A stretch of DNA of 64,000 bases from a virus, in IMG/VR virus record IMGVR_UViG_3300050821_003663, positions 1-64,000 of that record; one strand, written 5' to 3'. The position numbers and the translations under genes were made by a program. Shown in pieces: positions 1-11,301 of the stretch (the first letter of the stretch is position 1; each line of letters begins with the position of its first letter). The notes beneath the pieces are model-generated. The model was given only the letters and a program-made list of their open reading frames with translations. It ran no database searches and had not been told where the DNA came from.

Positions 1-95
1 ACTTTTTATAATGCGTGTTGATAGGGGGAGTGGGCGGGGGGAGTGGGCTTGGCGGGTATCTTTTCGGTTGGCGGGCGTTTTTGGAGGAGGGTTGG

Positions 96-1435
96 ATGTC
101 GAAGGTAAGCGATGCGGTGAGTGAAGTGGAGGACGCGATTGACCGGGCGTACTCTCCGGATAACATGACCAAGCGCGAGGCCCTGGAGTTCCTGAAGGAG
201 TTATCGTCGGGGTTGGATGGGAAGATCGACGCGCTTGAAGAAGAGATCGACGAAGAGGACGAGGAGGACTGAGATGGAGAGATTACAAGACGCAGCTCTC
301 AAGGTTCAGTATTTCAAGCTGAGGATGATTGGGATGCCGCGCTTCAAGCAAGAGTGTCACCACGTCACATTCGATGGCGACCTGGCCTGCTTCTACAGGG
401 TGGACAATGGAGCCCTTACAAAGGTGGCGATCTTTCGTCAGGTTGTAGAACTGTACGGGGTATCGAAGGAAGAGTTCGAGGAGATGGCGTGATGGCGGAG
501 CAGGGCGTAGGCGAACAGCTAGGGAGGGTAGACGCGCTTCTCCCGGAGAAGATCGACCCCATCCGGATCACGATTGTTTACCAGCGGCAGATCGGAAGGA
601 TGGAGGCGGTTGAGGAGATGATTGTGGAGGAGTGCCACTTCTTCACGGTCGACAACGCCTACGGGATCAAGGTGAACCTTTACCGGGTGATGGGTGGTGG
701 GGTGTTCCTTCACGCGCAGTACATGAACGTGTTGCGCTTCCAGATGGTGAGGTTGACCTAGATGTCGAAGAAGAAGGAATTCGTCCCGATTGAGAACCCC
801 CGGCAGGGAACGAGCGTGCAGATCTGCTTCGGTTGCAAGCTGGGGTTTCTGTACTATGGGACCACCCGATTGTGTAGCACATGTTCGACAACGGAGGCAG
901 GATGCTAGGACGCAGGAAAAATCAGGTTGTGGTTGAGGCAAAGGCTTTTTCAATTCCAGACCATCTCTTCGGCCACCGGCAGTGCCAAGGCGAGGTTACA
1001 GACGCGCCTGGGGTCACCTGCAATCGAAACGCGACGATGATGGTCTTCAAGTTCACCGGCGTAAAAGGGCAATTGTTGGCTGACTCAAGCTCCCGAAGGT
1101 TCGCGTGTAGTGACCATGCCACGCTCGCGCTGTGGCCAAAGAGGGTCCATGCTGAGGGACTAGGCCGCCGGTGGCGTGGCGGGCAACACGTGGGCGCCAA
1201 GGGGGATCAGTACGACTTCTATCGGACGATGGTGAAGAAGATGGGCGGCGAAGTCCCGGTTCCGAACTACAAGCCCGACAAGGTGCGCGTGAAGACCTGC
1301 TGGCCCGACCGTGTGATCGCGACGACGCTGAGGTTTGTGATGGCGCATGATCGCCACTTCCGGCCAAAGGGCATGAGCGGCCGGCAGTGGAAGATGTACC
1401 GTAGGGCGAACGGACTATCGTCAGATTCGAGGTGA
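96..1435 (+). CDS. Run of small hypothetical phage genes (96-272, 274-492, 492-761, 762-908, 902-1435)
   Basis: Abutting or overlapping ORFs, several with GGAG-type RBS; no recognisable motifs. Confidence 0.6.
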
Positions 1436-1438
1436 GTC

Positions 1439-2053
1439 ATGGGAGAAAAGAAAGTAAGTCGCAGAGGGCTACTTGGCCTTCTAGGTATGAGCGCAGTAGT
1501 AGCGCCTACGTATGCGATGGGCGTCGACACTGCATTCGCTAGCGAGCGTGACAAGAGCGTGACAATGATGAACTTCACCTGCGCTTGCGGTGAGGGTCTG
1601 ATGACCGAAACGCCGAAGAAGATCGGCGACCAAGTTTACCTTGAATGCAAGTGTGGAAACCGCTGGACATTGACGTGGGAGGGAGACCACTTCACTACTA
1701 CGCTCCGCCGTGACGATGGTAATACTGTCAACACTTTCGAAGACGGGGTGAAGGTTACCACTCCACCTAACGCACACGGGCGTACCTGGCTAACCTCACG
1801 TAGCTTCGACTTCGAGCAGGCTGAGTGGGATGGCGTAGTGTTTCAGAAGCGGATGGAGTGTCGTCACCGCAGCGATGGAAAGATGGTTTACCACGTCAGC
1901 GTTATCCGCGAAGGCAACGTAAGAAACGACGACGACTTCTGGAATATATGGCTCGAAGAGGATACCCACCTGCCATCGTACCCGCCGGTAGACTTCCACA
2001 AAGACTTTGCGGAGCAGATGGCGATGCTCAAGGGCACCGAGGTGTTCGGGTGA
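1439..2053 (+). CDS. Hypothetical protein with twin-arginine-like N-terminus and CxC pairs
   Basis: SRRGLLGLLG plus hydrophobic stretch; CACG and CKCG motifs. Confidence 0.6.
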   Translation: MGEKKVSRRGLLGLLGMSAVVAPTYAMGVDTAFASERDKSVTMMNFTCACGEGLMTETPKKIGDQVYLECKCGNRWTLTWEGDHFTTTLRRDDGNTVNTFEDGVKVTTPPNAHGRTWLTSRSFDFEQAEWDGVVFQKRMECRHRSDGKMVYHVSVIREGNVRNDDDFWNIWLEEDTHLPSYPPVDFHKDFAEQMAMLKGTEVFG

Positions 2054-2502
2054 GGACGTACATCGTCGACATTGACGGGACGCTGGCGAACATCGATCAC
2101 CGGCTACACTTCATCGAAGGCGACCTGAAGGACTGGGACGCCTTCTTCGAAGCCTGCCCGGACGATGCACCCATCGACAACGTGATCGATGTCATCAAGG
2201 CACTGGGTTTTCTCGGGTATCACAACGACAACGTCCACCTCGTCTACTTGACCGGAAGGCCGGAAAAGGTTCGCCAGCAAACGCTAGCTTGGTTGCTTCG
2301 CAACGGTCTACCGAAGGGCGTCTTGATGATGGGGACGGACGGGGACCACCGGCCGGATACGATTGCGAAAGCCGAGTTGCTCATGGGGCTGAGGCAGGCC
2401 GGCCACAACATTGCGGGAGTGTTCGAGGACCGTCCGTCAGTGTGCCGGGTGTGGCGCGGTCTCGGGCTGACCGTGTTCCAGATGAACGATAAGGAGTTCT
2501 AA
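2050..2502 (+). CDS. HAD-family polynucleotide 3'-phosphatase (PseT/PNKP C-terminal-like)
   Basis: DIDGTL, LTGRPE, DHRPDTIAK, FEDR motifs; GTG start overlapping upstream stop. Confidence 0.85.
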   Translation: MRTYIVDIDGTLANIDHRLHFIEGDLKDWDAFFEACPDDAPIDNVIDVIKALGFLGYHNDNVHLVYLTGRPEKVRQQTLAWLLRNGLPKGVLMMGTDGDHRPDTIAKAELLMGLRQAGHNIAGVFEDRPSVCRVWRGLGLTVFQMNDKEF

Positions 2503-2504
2503 AC

Positions 2505-3573
2505 GTGCCTTGGATTGCCGTCTACGAGGATCTCGAAGAAGGGAAGTGGTGCGCAGTGACTTCGGAGACGCGCATCGACGACGAGGATCCTAATGTCGGA
2601 GAAGATGTTCACGTCATCCCGGTTACCGTTCAAGGCGACGACTACCGGTTTGGCGTCCACGTGATGAGGCGCGATTGCGTGTGTCACCCCGAGATAGATG
2701 TCAGGGTACTGCGAAGGACAAGAGTTATCCATAGCGAGAAGGTGAATTGATGGTAGAGCGGACTGAGCGGGAGAAGTGGTTGAGCATAGTGATGCAGTGG
2801 ATGGCGGAGAACCCTGATTCGCGCATCGTGGTTATCATGCAGCACGGGCCGAGATCGCTGTCGACGATGACCAGCTTCGACGACCAGATCATCGCGATGG
2901 GGATGGTGACAGCCTGCGAGAAGCTCGGGGACGAAGCGTTCCGATTCGGAGTGAGGCAAGGGTTTATGGACGGGAGTCAAGAGGCTCACGTGAAAAAAAT
3001 GCAGGCGTACGGCGAGACTGCGGAAAAGGCGAAAAACTAATGAGCGAAGAGAAGCACCCAGGCGGATTTACAGTTGTGGACCGGCGCGGCGAGGCGAAGC
3101 CAGAGCGTGTCGACCCGGCCGTCAACACCAAGAATGAAGATGGCGAGACGGTTCCCGGCAAGGTCTGGAAAGACGTGGCCTACATGTGCGTGATGTCGCA
3201 GGCGCCCGGTGGGGGACTGATGGCTCTAGGTCGAGCGGTGGGACTTCGCGAGGATCTCCGAACATTTGTGGCAGACTTCGTCCTTCCTCCGATATGGCAC
3301 GAGAAGCTGGACTGGTGTCCTACCGCGAAGAAGCGCCTGGACACATTCCTTGGCTGCAAATGCACGATGTCAGGCCCCTGTGAGGTCCACCGCGTAGAAC
3401 TCGGGAAGTGGTTCCAGCAGGACACGGACAGGTTGAACCTACTCGCAGCGCAGCCAATTCCAGAGGCAATCGAGTATCTTATCAAGCTTGAGGAGAATCT
3501 ACGCAATAACCGGGTTGTCCCAGTAGCAGCGCAGCAGGTTCAGAAGCAGAGGCCACCAAGGCACAGGCGCTAA
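2505..3573 (+). CDS. Three hypothetical proteins (2505-2750, 2747-3040, 3040-3573)
   Basis: Translationally coupled ORFs. Confidence 0.6.
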
Positions 3574-4145
3574 TGATCGAGGTTCCCAAAGACGGCAAGC
3601 TTCTCCTGTACGGGCCAGCGCTCATCAACGTGGTCTCTACGCCGCTCTTTGGAGACGACTTCTTCGCGGTGCCGAAGCTGCGCGAGTACATGACTGAGAT
3701 CATGCGAAAGTACAAGGGCGCTGGGCTGGCAGCTCCCCAGGTGGGGGTCTTCAAGGAGTATCTAATCTACGACAACGGCATTGGCGGAGTTGCAGAGATC
3801 ATCAACCCCACCATCGTCGGCATGTACGGGAAAGAGGCTTCACACTCCGAGGGCTGTCTCAGTCTTCCACCTCCGAACAACATGTGCCTCGTTCCCCGGA
3901 TGGAGACGATTATCGTGGAGCATCAGCCCGCTTCGGGAGGGTTCCCGATGCAGACGACGACCTTCCACGCAGAGCAGGCGGCCGTAGTGCAGCACGAGAT
4001 GGACCACCTCTCGGGAACGTTTTTTATTGACAGGATCTCGCTCGGGCTGCGCAAACAGGTTTTGGACCAGTTTCACCGATGGAAGAAGGAGATAAGGCAA
4101 AATGATAAAAAAGGTAATCCCCGACAACTCGCCGCTCATTTTTAA
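3573..4145 (+). CDS. def: Peptide deformylase
   Basis: All three PDF motifs: GLAAPQVG, EGCLS, QHEMDHL. Confidence 0.95.
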   Translation: MIEVPKDGKLLLYGPALINVVSTPLFGDDFFAVPKLREYMTEIMRKYKGAGLAAPQVGVFKEYLIYDNGIGGVAEIINPTIVGMYGKEASHSEGCLSLPPPNNMCLVPRMETIIVEHQPASGGFPMQTTTFHAEQAAVVQHEMDHLSGTFFIDRISLGLRKQVLDQFHRWKKEIRQNDKKGNPRQLAAHF

Positions 4146-4868
4146 CACTCTGATTTGCTCCGCCTGTGGAGGCAAGATCGAACCGAAGGTCAACAAAAGT
4201 TCGATGGGTAAAGTCCAGAGTCTCCTCTACAAGCACATCAACGAGGAGTATGGCTGCAGGTATACTCTGGAGACCAACACCATGATCCAGGCAGAGATGC
4301 GGCCGCTGCGGGAGGATGGCACGGAGGCGAAAATCCCACAATGAGCACAACGTCCATCGTCGTCGCTGCAGTCCTGACAACCCTGCTTATCAACGGCGTG
4401 GCGGGTGCCGCAATCTACTTGGGGTTCAAGCTCTACCGCTCGTACGTGGAGGCCAAGAAGATCGCGGTCGACCTGGCCTACGGGATCGCCAACATCACGA
4501 AGGTGGTGACGCAGGTAAAGGACGAGCTGGTCTTCATGCGTCAGGTGTCGACGGGAATCGCCACACCCGGCGGGCATCAAGAGGGCCTCGAAGAAGTGAT
4601 GGCTAAGGCGCGGGCCGCGAACTTGGCGAATGCAGCAGGACGCGCTACGATTCCTTTCCCATCGCCGAACATGGACCGCTATCTGAGGGTTCAGACCGAA
4701 GCGCCTGACACCCCGGACGCGAGGGTGGAAGATACCGACCGCAGCCTGTTAGAGCAGACCGATGCCGATCTGGTAGAGCAGGAGCATCGCGAAGAGCTGA
4801 GAGATCGCGGGATCGAAATACTGGACGACGACGAAGTCCCGCAAGGGGTGGTAGCGGAGAGCAAGTAG
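4102..4868 (+). CDS. Two hypothetical proteins (4102-4344 with CxxC; 4341-4868 with N-terminal membrane anchor)
   Basis: Coupled ORFs; hydrophobic N-terminus in the second. Confidence 0.6.
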
Positions 4869-5483
4869 ATGCCAGCAGCGAAGAACATGAGCACCGCGCT
4901 TTCGAACCCTGTACACCTTCTCCGATTTCTGAAGGCTCAGGCAGGGATGACGCCGGCGGAGGTGGCGAAGCAGGAGCGGGTGACCCCTGAAACAATCAAA
5001 CACTCGATTTCACTGATTGAGTCCTACCAGAACGTCAATACGAAGTTCCAGTTGGATCTTGCTTTTCGCGACCTGATTATCTCCTCGATCCCTCAAGCGA
5101 AGGAGACCTTTCAGGCTCTTCTCGCTGCGACGGAGATGGTTGAAGTCAAGAACTCGAAGACGGGCAGGGTAAGAGTCGTCAGCCAGGTTGATAAGGTAAC
5201 GCGGCTGGAGGCTCTAAGGATCCTCAACTCTCTCATGGGAACAACGCAGCCGAAGGGTCCGATGATCGAGCAGAAGATCCAGCAGACGACGCAGGTGGCG
5301 GCTAGCGCGACGACTGGGGAGACGAACGAGGAGAGGTTCCGCCGGCTGAAGGCGGCCGCTGCGCAGCACAACGCATTGCCTCCGGAAGTGGCTGCGGTTC
5401 CCGACTACATCGACAAGGGTGGCACTGCCGATGACGAAGAGGATGATGACGAAGAAGAGGAAGACGATGAGAAAGCTATTTAG
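4869..5483 (+). CDS. Putative terminase small subunit
   Basis: N-terminal HTH-like segment, acidic tail, position just upstream of TerL. Confidence 0.5.
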   Translation: MPAAKNMSTALSNPVHLLRFLKAQAGMTPAEVAKQERVTPETIKHSISLIESYQNVNTKFQLDLAFRDLIISSIPQAKETFQALLAATEMVEVKNSKTGRVRVVSQVDKVTRLEALRILNSLMGTTQPKGPMIEQKIQQTTQVAASATTGETNEERFRRLKAAAAQHNALPPEVAAVPDYIDKGGTADDEEDDDEEEEDDEKAI

Positions 5484-5685
5484 ATGGGCGGAAGACAAAG
5501 CACTCGCGTTCCTGCAAGGACGATGTAACCATCCGGGCATGATGATAGCCGAGGACATACTTGAAGGATGCGGCGGCGGAGTTGAGGTGGCATACTGTAA
5601 CCGCTGCGGTTCGGTCTACGTTCGCTGGACGAATGACCATCAACCTAGATGGAGACATCCGGATCCGAACCTGCTACGCGGGTAA
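5467..5685 (+). CDS. Hypothetical protein (CxH/CxxC)
   Basis: Fills gap between TerS candidate and TerL. Confidence 0.55.
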   Translation: MRKLFRWAEDKALAFLQGRCNHPGMMIAEDILEGCGGGVEVAYCNRCGSVYVRWTNDHQPRWRHPDPNLLRG

Positions 5686-5688
5686 AAC

Positions 5689-7848
5689 ATGGCGTCAATC
5701 CAGAGGGCTAATCCGCACCTTGAAGAGATCATCGAGATGCTCGACCAGCATCTTGCGCGGAACAATGGCGATGTGGGGCTCGCCATGTCGAAGCTGACCA
5801 AGAGCGAGAACGAGTGGATCGACGATGAGATCGTTCACTGCATGGTGGACCCTCGCTACTTCATCTCGAACTACTACGCCTACCGCGACGAGAAAGAGGG
5901 GTTCAGGGGCCTCTACCCGCTCTTCGACAGCCAGGAGATCCTTTGCGAGGAGTATCGCAAGCTGGAGAAGGCGTACGGCAAGGTGCGAGCGCTGGTACTG
6001 AAGGCGCGGCAGATGGGCTCGACCACCTACAATGACGCTGAATTCTTCCATAAGACCATCTGGAAAGAGCACACCAATTCCATCATCGTTGCGCAGGACG
6101 AAGACCAGTCGTCGTACATCATGGGCATGTACGAGTCAGCTCTAGACTTCCTGCCGTACTGGATGAAGCCACGGAAAAAGAGCTTTGGCACCGGGCAGTT
6201 CATCGAGTTCGACGAAAGGGACGAGTACCTCCGGAGCGTCAAGCCGGGGCTGAAGAGCTGGATCTACGCCGACAACGCTCGCAAGCCGTCAGGCGTCGGC
6301 CGTGGAAAGACGTTCGGCAGAGCGTTGCTGTCAGAGCTAGCGTTCTGGGAGAACGGATCTCAACTGTCGAAGTCGCTCTTCCCGACGATGAATACCCCGG
6401 ACGGGTTCTACATCATGGAGTCGACGGCGAACGGCCGGAACGACTTCTGGCACAACCTGTGGCGCCGTGCTGAGGCCGGCAAGGTGGACTGGCATCCGAT
6501 CTTCATTCCGTTCTATCGGCGCGAGGTGACCTACTCGCTGCCGATTCTCAAGACCGAAGTATTTGTGGTCACCGACGAAGAGAAGGCCATCCGCGAGCGC
6601 GTGTATGAGAAAGAGTCCTTCCTCGTCAAGGACGAGACCTTCAAGTGGATGCGTAACAAGAAGGAGGAGTTCGTCGCTATCGACGGCGACGACTCGATGT
6701 TTTCGCAGGAGTACACGTCAGAGCCCGAGGAGAGCTTCCAGAGCTCTGCGATTACGGCGTTCCCGAGAGCGATCATCCGCCGGTTTAGCAAGCTCACGAA
6801 GAATCCGGAGTTTACCGGCGAGATCAAGTTCGATGTGGGGACAGGCTACAAACTGTTTCTCAATCCGGTGGGCCGCCACGACATAGTCCCCTACCCTGAA
6901 TCGGAGAATCGTTTCCACGTTTGGAAGAAGCCCGAGCGCGGCCGGCGCTACGCGATGGGAGTCGACGTCGGACTGGGCAACGAGGGTGGAGACTACTCCT
7001 GCATTCAGGTCATCCGGTTGAGTGAAGCTGCGCACGAGCGCGATGAGCAGGTAGCGTGCTGGCATGGACTGGTCCACCCAACCGCGCTAGCCGGGATCAT
7101 CTGTGCCGTGGGCTTTTACTACAACGAGGCCCTGGCGGCCGTAGAAGTCAACTCCTTCGGGATGGCCACCAACAGCATCCTGATGCGTGAGTACGAGTAT
7201 GAGAATGTCTACCGCTTCAAACGGCTGGACCGCGTCACAAACTTCATCACGAACATCGCCGGGTTCCTGTCGACCGCAAACTCTACCGATGCGCTCATGG
7301 CCCGGATGGCGGAAGGGTTCCTAGAAGACTCGATCATCATCAACTGCCGGTTCACGATGGACGAGTTCAACGACTACACCGAAGAGGGCGCACAGGGCGA
7401 CGGAGCCCATGACGACTATGTGGATGCGCTTCTCATCGCGCTCTATTGCGGTCATGAGGGCGAGGTGCGTTCGCGGCAGGAGGGGAAGAGCAAGAAGGTC
7501 GACAAGGATCTCATCACGTTTCACGTCAAGGACCGGTTCGACACTATCGTGCTAACCACCAATTCCCAGACCGAGGCGGAGACTTATGCGAAGAAGCATA
7601 TCGGGTCCACGATAGAGCGGGACAGCGGAGCGACCGCGCACGTGACCATAGGTGGAAGAAAATTCAAGGTGCCGGCGGACTTTCAGAACACCGATCACTC
7701 GCCAATCCATGATAAAACTGGGACTGCGCATCGCCTCCACTACGAAGAGGGAGTAGCTGAGGAAGACATCACGCCTGAGATGATTCAGGAAGCCGAGGAA
7801 ATGGAGCAGGCCAACGAGGATGACCCGGAAGCCTGGAAGTACGTCTAG
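5689..7848 (+). CDS. terL: Terminase large subunit
   Basis: LVLKARQMGSTT Walker A, LLSELAF Walker B, ESTANG coupling motif, MGVDVG and HDDYVDA nuclease motifs. Confidence 0.95.
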   Translation: MASIQRANPHLEEIIEMLDQHLARNNGDVGLAMSKLTKSENEWIDDEIVHCMVDPRYFISNYYAYRDEKEGFRGLYPLFDSQEILCEEYRKLEKAYGKVRALVLKARQMGSTTYNDAEFFHKTIWKEHTNSIIVAQDEDQSSYIMGMYESALDFLPYWMKPRKKSFGTGQFIEFDERDEYLRSVKPGLKSWIYADNARKPSGVGRGKTFGRALLSELAFWENGSQLSKSLFPTMNTPDGFYIMESTANGRNDFWHNLWRRAEAGKVDWHPIFIPFYRREVTYSLPILKTEVFVVTDEEKAIRERVYEKESFLVKDETFKWMRNKKEEFVAIDGDDSMFSQEYTSEPEESFQSSAITAFPRAIIRRFSKLTKNPEFTGEIKFDVGTGYKLFLNPVGRHDIVPYPESENRFHVWKKPERGRRYAMGVDVGLGNEGGDYSCIQVIRLSEAAHERDEQVACWHGLVHPTALAGIICAVGFYYNEALAAVEVNSFGMATNSILMREYEYENVYRFKRLDRVTNFITNIAGFLSTANSTDALMARMAEGFLEDSIIINCRFTMDEFNDYTEEGAQGDGAHDDYVDALLIALYCGHEGEVRSRQEGKSKKVDKDLITFHVKDRFDTIVLTTNSQTEAETYAKKHIGSTIERDSGATAHVTIGGRKFKVPADFQNTDHSPIHDKTGTAHRLHYEEGVAEEDITPEMIQEAEEMEQANEDDPEAWKYV

Positions 7849-8208
7849 ATGAACCTGCTGGCGATCTACAAAGAGTTCAACCACGACCACTTCGGAGGGC
7901 GGCTGCCGATTATTGTGGTGGAGTGGTCAGACGTGATTCCCAAGGGATCAATGGCCGCCGCGCACGTCCACGGGCTCTCCCCTTGCTATAAGAAGTACTG
8001 CGGGACCAACTGCAAAGCCAGCTTTATCAGGGTCCATCCGATTTTGAAGTACCTTGAGCTGGAAGTCGAAGCCGAGCGCTCGCTCATGCACGAGATGGCG
8101 CATATCGAAGGCTTGGTTGGGGATCCACGGCTCGCGAGGCACACACCGCAGTTCTACGCAAGGATCAAAGAGTTAGTGGCTGCCGGCGCGTACGACGGAT
8201 TGTTGTAG
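7849..8208 (+). CDS. SprT-like zinc metalloprotease
   Basis: FNHDHFGGRLP N-terminus, HEMAH, downstream HxxxF. Confidence 0.8.
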   Translation: MNLLAIYKEFNHDHFGGRLPIIVVEWSDVIPKGSMAAAHVHGLSPCYKKYCGTNCKASFIRVHPILKYLELEVEAERSLMHEMAHIEGLVGDPRLARHTPQFYARIKELVAAGAYDGLL

Positions 8209-8222
8209 GGCATGGAGGTTGC

Positions 8223-8696
8223 ATGAACACGCTGCACGAAGCCGTCGATGCGGGCAAGGTACTTGGCAAGAAGGCGTTGTATTTCGGATGCTGGGACTCC
8301 GCCGGTCATTTTTTACGTGATGTCACCGGACGAAGCCAGCACGAACGTCCAAGGGATCTACCGTGGGAAGAGCACATCATGGACGGGACGCTTCTGAGCA
8401 ACGGGAAGATACCGGACGTTCCGTCCGGAAAGGTCTACTGGACGTGCGGAGGACGCGATGCCTTCTGGTACGCATTCTACTGGTGGGACCGCTCAGTAGA
8501 TAAACGCGGTGCATCCAACTCCGGATTCTACGTCCGAGGGTTCGGGCACCGGGAGGCCCAAGAGGCGTTTGACTGGGCTTGCTCTCAGTTTCCCCATATC
8601 GTCGCGAGGCAAAAACACCCGCTCGTACTACAGAATGTCGACAAGCATAAAGTCCAAATTTTGGACCCGGAGGGTAGTCATGCAACAGAAAACTGA
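8223..8696 (+). CDS. Hypothetical protein
   Basis: GGAGG RBS; YFGCWDSAGHFL and WWDRSVDKRGASNS motifs. Confidence 0.7.
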   Translation: MNTLHEAVDAGKVLGKKALYFGCWDSAGHFLRDVTGRSQHERPRDLPWEEHIMDGTLLSNGKIPDVPSGKVYWTCGGRDAFWYAFYWWDRSVDKRGASNSGFYVRGFGHREAQEAFDWACSQFPHIVARQKHPLVLQNVDKHKVQILDPEGSHATEN

Positions 8697-9288
8697 ATTC
8701 GCATGTCCCACATGCGGCGAGCAGATCACAGCAGGGCCGAGCGGAATCATTTGCTCGGCGAACCCCAGCCACCGCTGGAACGACACCATCGAGTTCTACG
8801 CCACCAACCCGCAGATGAAATTCAAGATAGAACCACCAAAGGCTCTCCCCCAGGAGCATCACGAGCCCTTTGCGCTATCGCTGCCCATCGGCGTCAAGGA
8901 TGCCTTTATCGCGAAGTTCGGCGAGAAGGCTGGTGTGACTATAGCCTCAGTGCTGATGCAGATGATTGAAGGCAACATGATGATTATCGGCCAGACCGAT
9001 CTCGACCGGTTGGCGAAGGGAGAGGTGCTCGGCAAGACACCGCAGAACGCGAGCGAGCTGGTGGGGATGGTTTACTCTCTCAGGCTGGACGTCGACAACG
9101 AGAAGGCCATCGCCGCGTCCGCCACGCAAGACCTCAAAGCCTACGAGGGCATGTCGAGGGGCAGCGTCGTAGTCAATCTCGGTGACCAATATCAGAATGC
9201 TGTGGATAAGGCGCGGGGGGCTGAAGTACCTTTGAAGGTGTTTATCGAGAGAGCGGTTATTCAGTTTTTAGCCGACAACTGGATTTAA
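8680..9288 (+). CDS. Hypothetical Zn-ribbon protein
   Basis: GGAGG RBS; CPTC...C..H N-terminus. Confidence 0.65.
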   Translation: MQQKTEFACPTCGEQITAGPSGIICSANPSHRWNDTIEFYATNPQMKFKIEPPKALPQEHHEPFALSLPIGVKDAFIAKFGEKAGVTIASVLMQMIEGNMMIIGQTDLDRLAKGEVLGKTPQNASELVGMVYSLRLDVDNEKAIAASATQDLKAYEGMSRGSVVVNLGDQYQNAVDKARGAEVPLKVFIERAVIQFLADNWI

Positions 9289-9291
9289 TAC

Positions 9292-11139
9292 ATGGCCGAA
9301 GTAGCGTACCCGGAACTGATTTCGAATGTACGGCACGAGAGCGGCGACCAGAAGCAGGACAGCCTGGTTGAGTACTACTCGCGCATCGGCGCTTGGTGCG
9401 ACTCCGCCTACGAGGAGGGAGTCGCACTCCAGCAAAGCGTTCCGGAGCTGAAAGAAGTTGACACCGCGCTCGACTACCTCAACGGCCTGCAGTGGAAAGA
9501 GGCGATGCCGTCGTACCGGTCGAAGCCGGTCAACAACGACATGCTGGCGATGTTCTGGGAGACCATCGGACTCCTGTCGGACGTCAGGCCGATGTTCAAC
9601 ATCTCGGACATCGGAGCCTCCGGCGGAAAGTATTCGCAGATCCAGGAGATCCTCAACCTTCTCGCGAAGGGATGGGCCGCCACGAACCGGTTTGAGAGGA
9701 CGCTGGCGTTTTGCACGATGTTTGCGATGTTGACGTCGGCGCCGGCGAAGCTCTACTGGAACCCTCTTGCTCGCGGCGATAGCGGAGATCCGCTGGATGG
9801 CGACATCGCCTTCGAGTCTCTCCCGGCGAAATCAATCCTCCGCCTTGGAGCGGGAGATACGCTGCAGGACGATGAGTGCGTCATCTACCGCAGGGTCCGA
9901 ACGATTGATTGGATCAAGCGGATGTTCCCGCGCATGGGCAAGCTGGTTACGCCAGAGGAGTCGCGCAGCAAGTACACCGTCGATACACAAGTTCCACCTA
10001 CGGTGATGCCGCAAATGTTCCAGACGGCCGCGCCGGCGATGAAGCGGCTCTTCGGTGCCAGCATGGAGTCCGGAGCGCAGAGCATCTATCCGGTTGCGGA
10101 GGTGCGCGAGTTCTGGAAGAAGGACGACTCCATCAACGAGTCGCGCAACGTAGTGCTGGTTGGGCCGAAGACGATGCCGTGGTCATACAAGGTTGAGCCA
10201 GGTAAGAAGCTCTACCCTCGCGGCCGGCTGATTATTCGCGCCAACGGTGTGACGCTCTACGACGAGCCGAACCCCTACTACCATCGCAAGAAGCCGTTCG
10301 CGATGCTCGCGCTCTACGATGTGCCGTGGCAGCAGTGGGCGATGAGCGTGCTGAGTCCGTGGATGAAGCAGCAGGACATCCTCAACCAGATCCTCGCAGG
10401 GTTGCTCAACAACGTGAAGAAGGCCAACAACCCGCCGTTGATTGCAAGCAAGACAGCGATCCATCCGGAAGCGATGCGAGCTATCGACTCTTCGAAGCCG
10501 AACCTCAAGATCACGTACAACGGCATGGCAGGACAGGCGCCCGCATGGGGACAACCGCCAAACATTCCGCCATACGTACTGCAGGCGTACGGACTAGTCC
10601 AGACGTCAATGAAGCAAGCCTCCGGAGCGTCCGCTATCGGCGATGCAATGGGGAAGAAGCAGATCCCCGGAGGAGACACGCTGGACCGAATCACCTTCGC
10701 GAAGAACACGCCGATACGCATGATGGGAAGAAACGAAGAAGGGTTCGTCGACGAGGTCGGAGAGCTGTGGACCGGATGCGCCCTGCAGTTTTTGGGAGCC
10801 GAGCATCGGATGGAGTTGCTGGGCGACAAAGGTATAACGAAAGAGGACACGGAGCCCATCGTTGGCTCGCTTATCCCTGACGGGATCAATTCAGAATCAT
10901 TTGTACGCCGCTATCGCTTCAAGTGCGACAAGGGAACGTTGCTCAACGTGCAGCGTCAGGACAAGATTCAGATCAGCTTTGCGCTTCGCAAGAACGGAGA
11001 CCTCTCACGGCCGAAGTTGTTTGAGCAGCTCGGGTGGAACATCAATCAGCAAGAGAACGATCAGGAACTCGCGAAGGAAATGGAAGCAAAAGCGAAAGCG
11101 ATGGCTGCAGCCGGCGTGAAGCCGAAGGGTCAAAAGTAA
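9292..11139 (+). CDS. Portal protein (P22-like)
   Basis: 615 aa; position between TerL and capsid; PYYHRKKPFA and KKANNPPLI segments typical of podoviral portals. Confidence 0.85.
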   Translation: MAEVAYPELISNVRHESGDQKQDSLVEYYSRIGAWCDSAYEEGVALQQSVPELKEVDTALDYLNGLQWKEAMPSYRSKPVNNDMLAMFWETIGLLSDVRPMFNISDIGASGGKYSQIQEILNLLAKGWAATNRFERTLAFCTMFAMLTSAPAKLYWNPLARGDSGDPLDGDIAFESLPAKSILRLGAGDTLQDDECVIYRRVRTIDWIKRMFPRMGKLVTPEESRSKYTVDTQVPPTVMPQMFQTAAPAMKRLFGASMESGAQSIYPVAEVREFWKKDDSINESRNVVLVGPKTMPWSYKVEPGKKLYPRGRLIIRANGVTLYDEPNPYYHRKKPFAMLALYDVPWQQWAMSVLSPWMKQQDILNQILAGLLNNVKKANNPPLIASKTAIHPEAMRAIDSSKPNLKITYNGMAGQAPAWGQPPNIPPYVLQAYGLVQTSMKQASGASAIGDAMGKKQIPGGDTLDRITFAKNTPIRMMGRNEEGFVDEVGELWTGCALQFLGAEHRMELLGDKGITKEDTEPIVGSLIPDGINSESFVRRYRFKCDKGTLLNVQRQDKIQISFALRKNGDLSRPKLFEQLGWNINQQENDQELAKEMEAKAKAMAAAGVKPKGQK

Positions 11140-11301
11140 ATGGCGTCGAACGAGCGGTTTGAAAAAGAAGATCTCCCGAAGATACTGGCAGCGCTAAAGA
11201 CCGCGAAAGACGCGGGTGCGGCCGCTACGGTGACAGTGGAATTTGCTCAGGACGGGGGAGTAATCGCTGTGGTACAAAACATCAAGCGCAAGTTCAAATA
11301 A
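11140..11301 (+). CDS. Small 53-aa protein (MASNERFEKED...KRKFK)
   Basis: Starts directly after portal stop; below ORF-track cutoff. Confidence 0.6.
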   Translation: MASNERFEKEDLPKILAALKTAKDAGAAATVTVEFAQDGGVIAVVQNIKRKFK

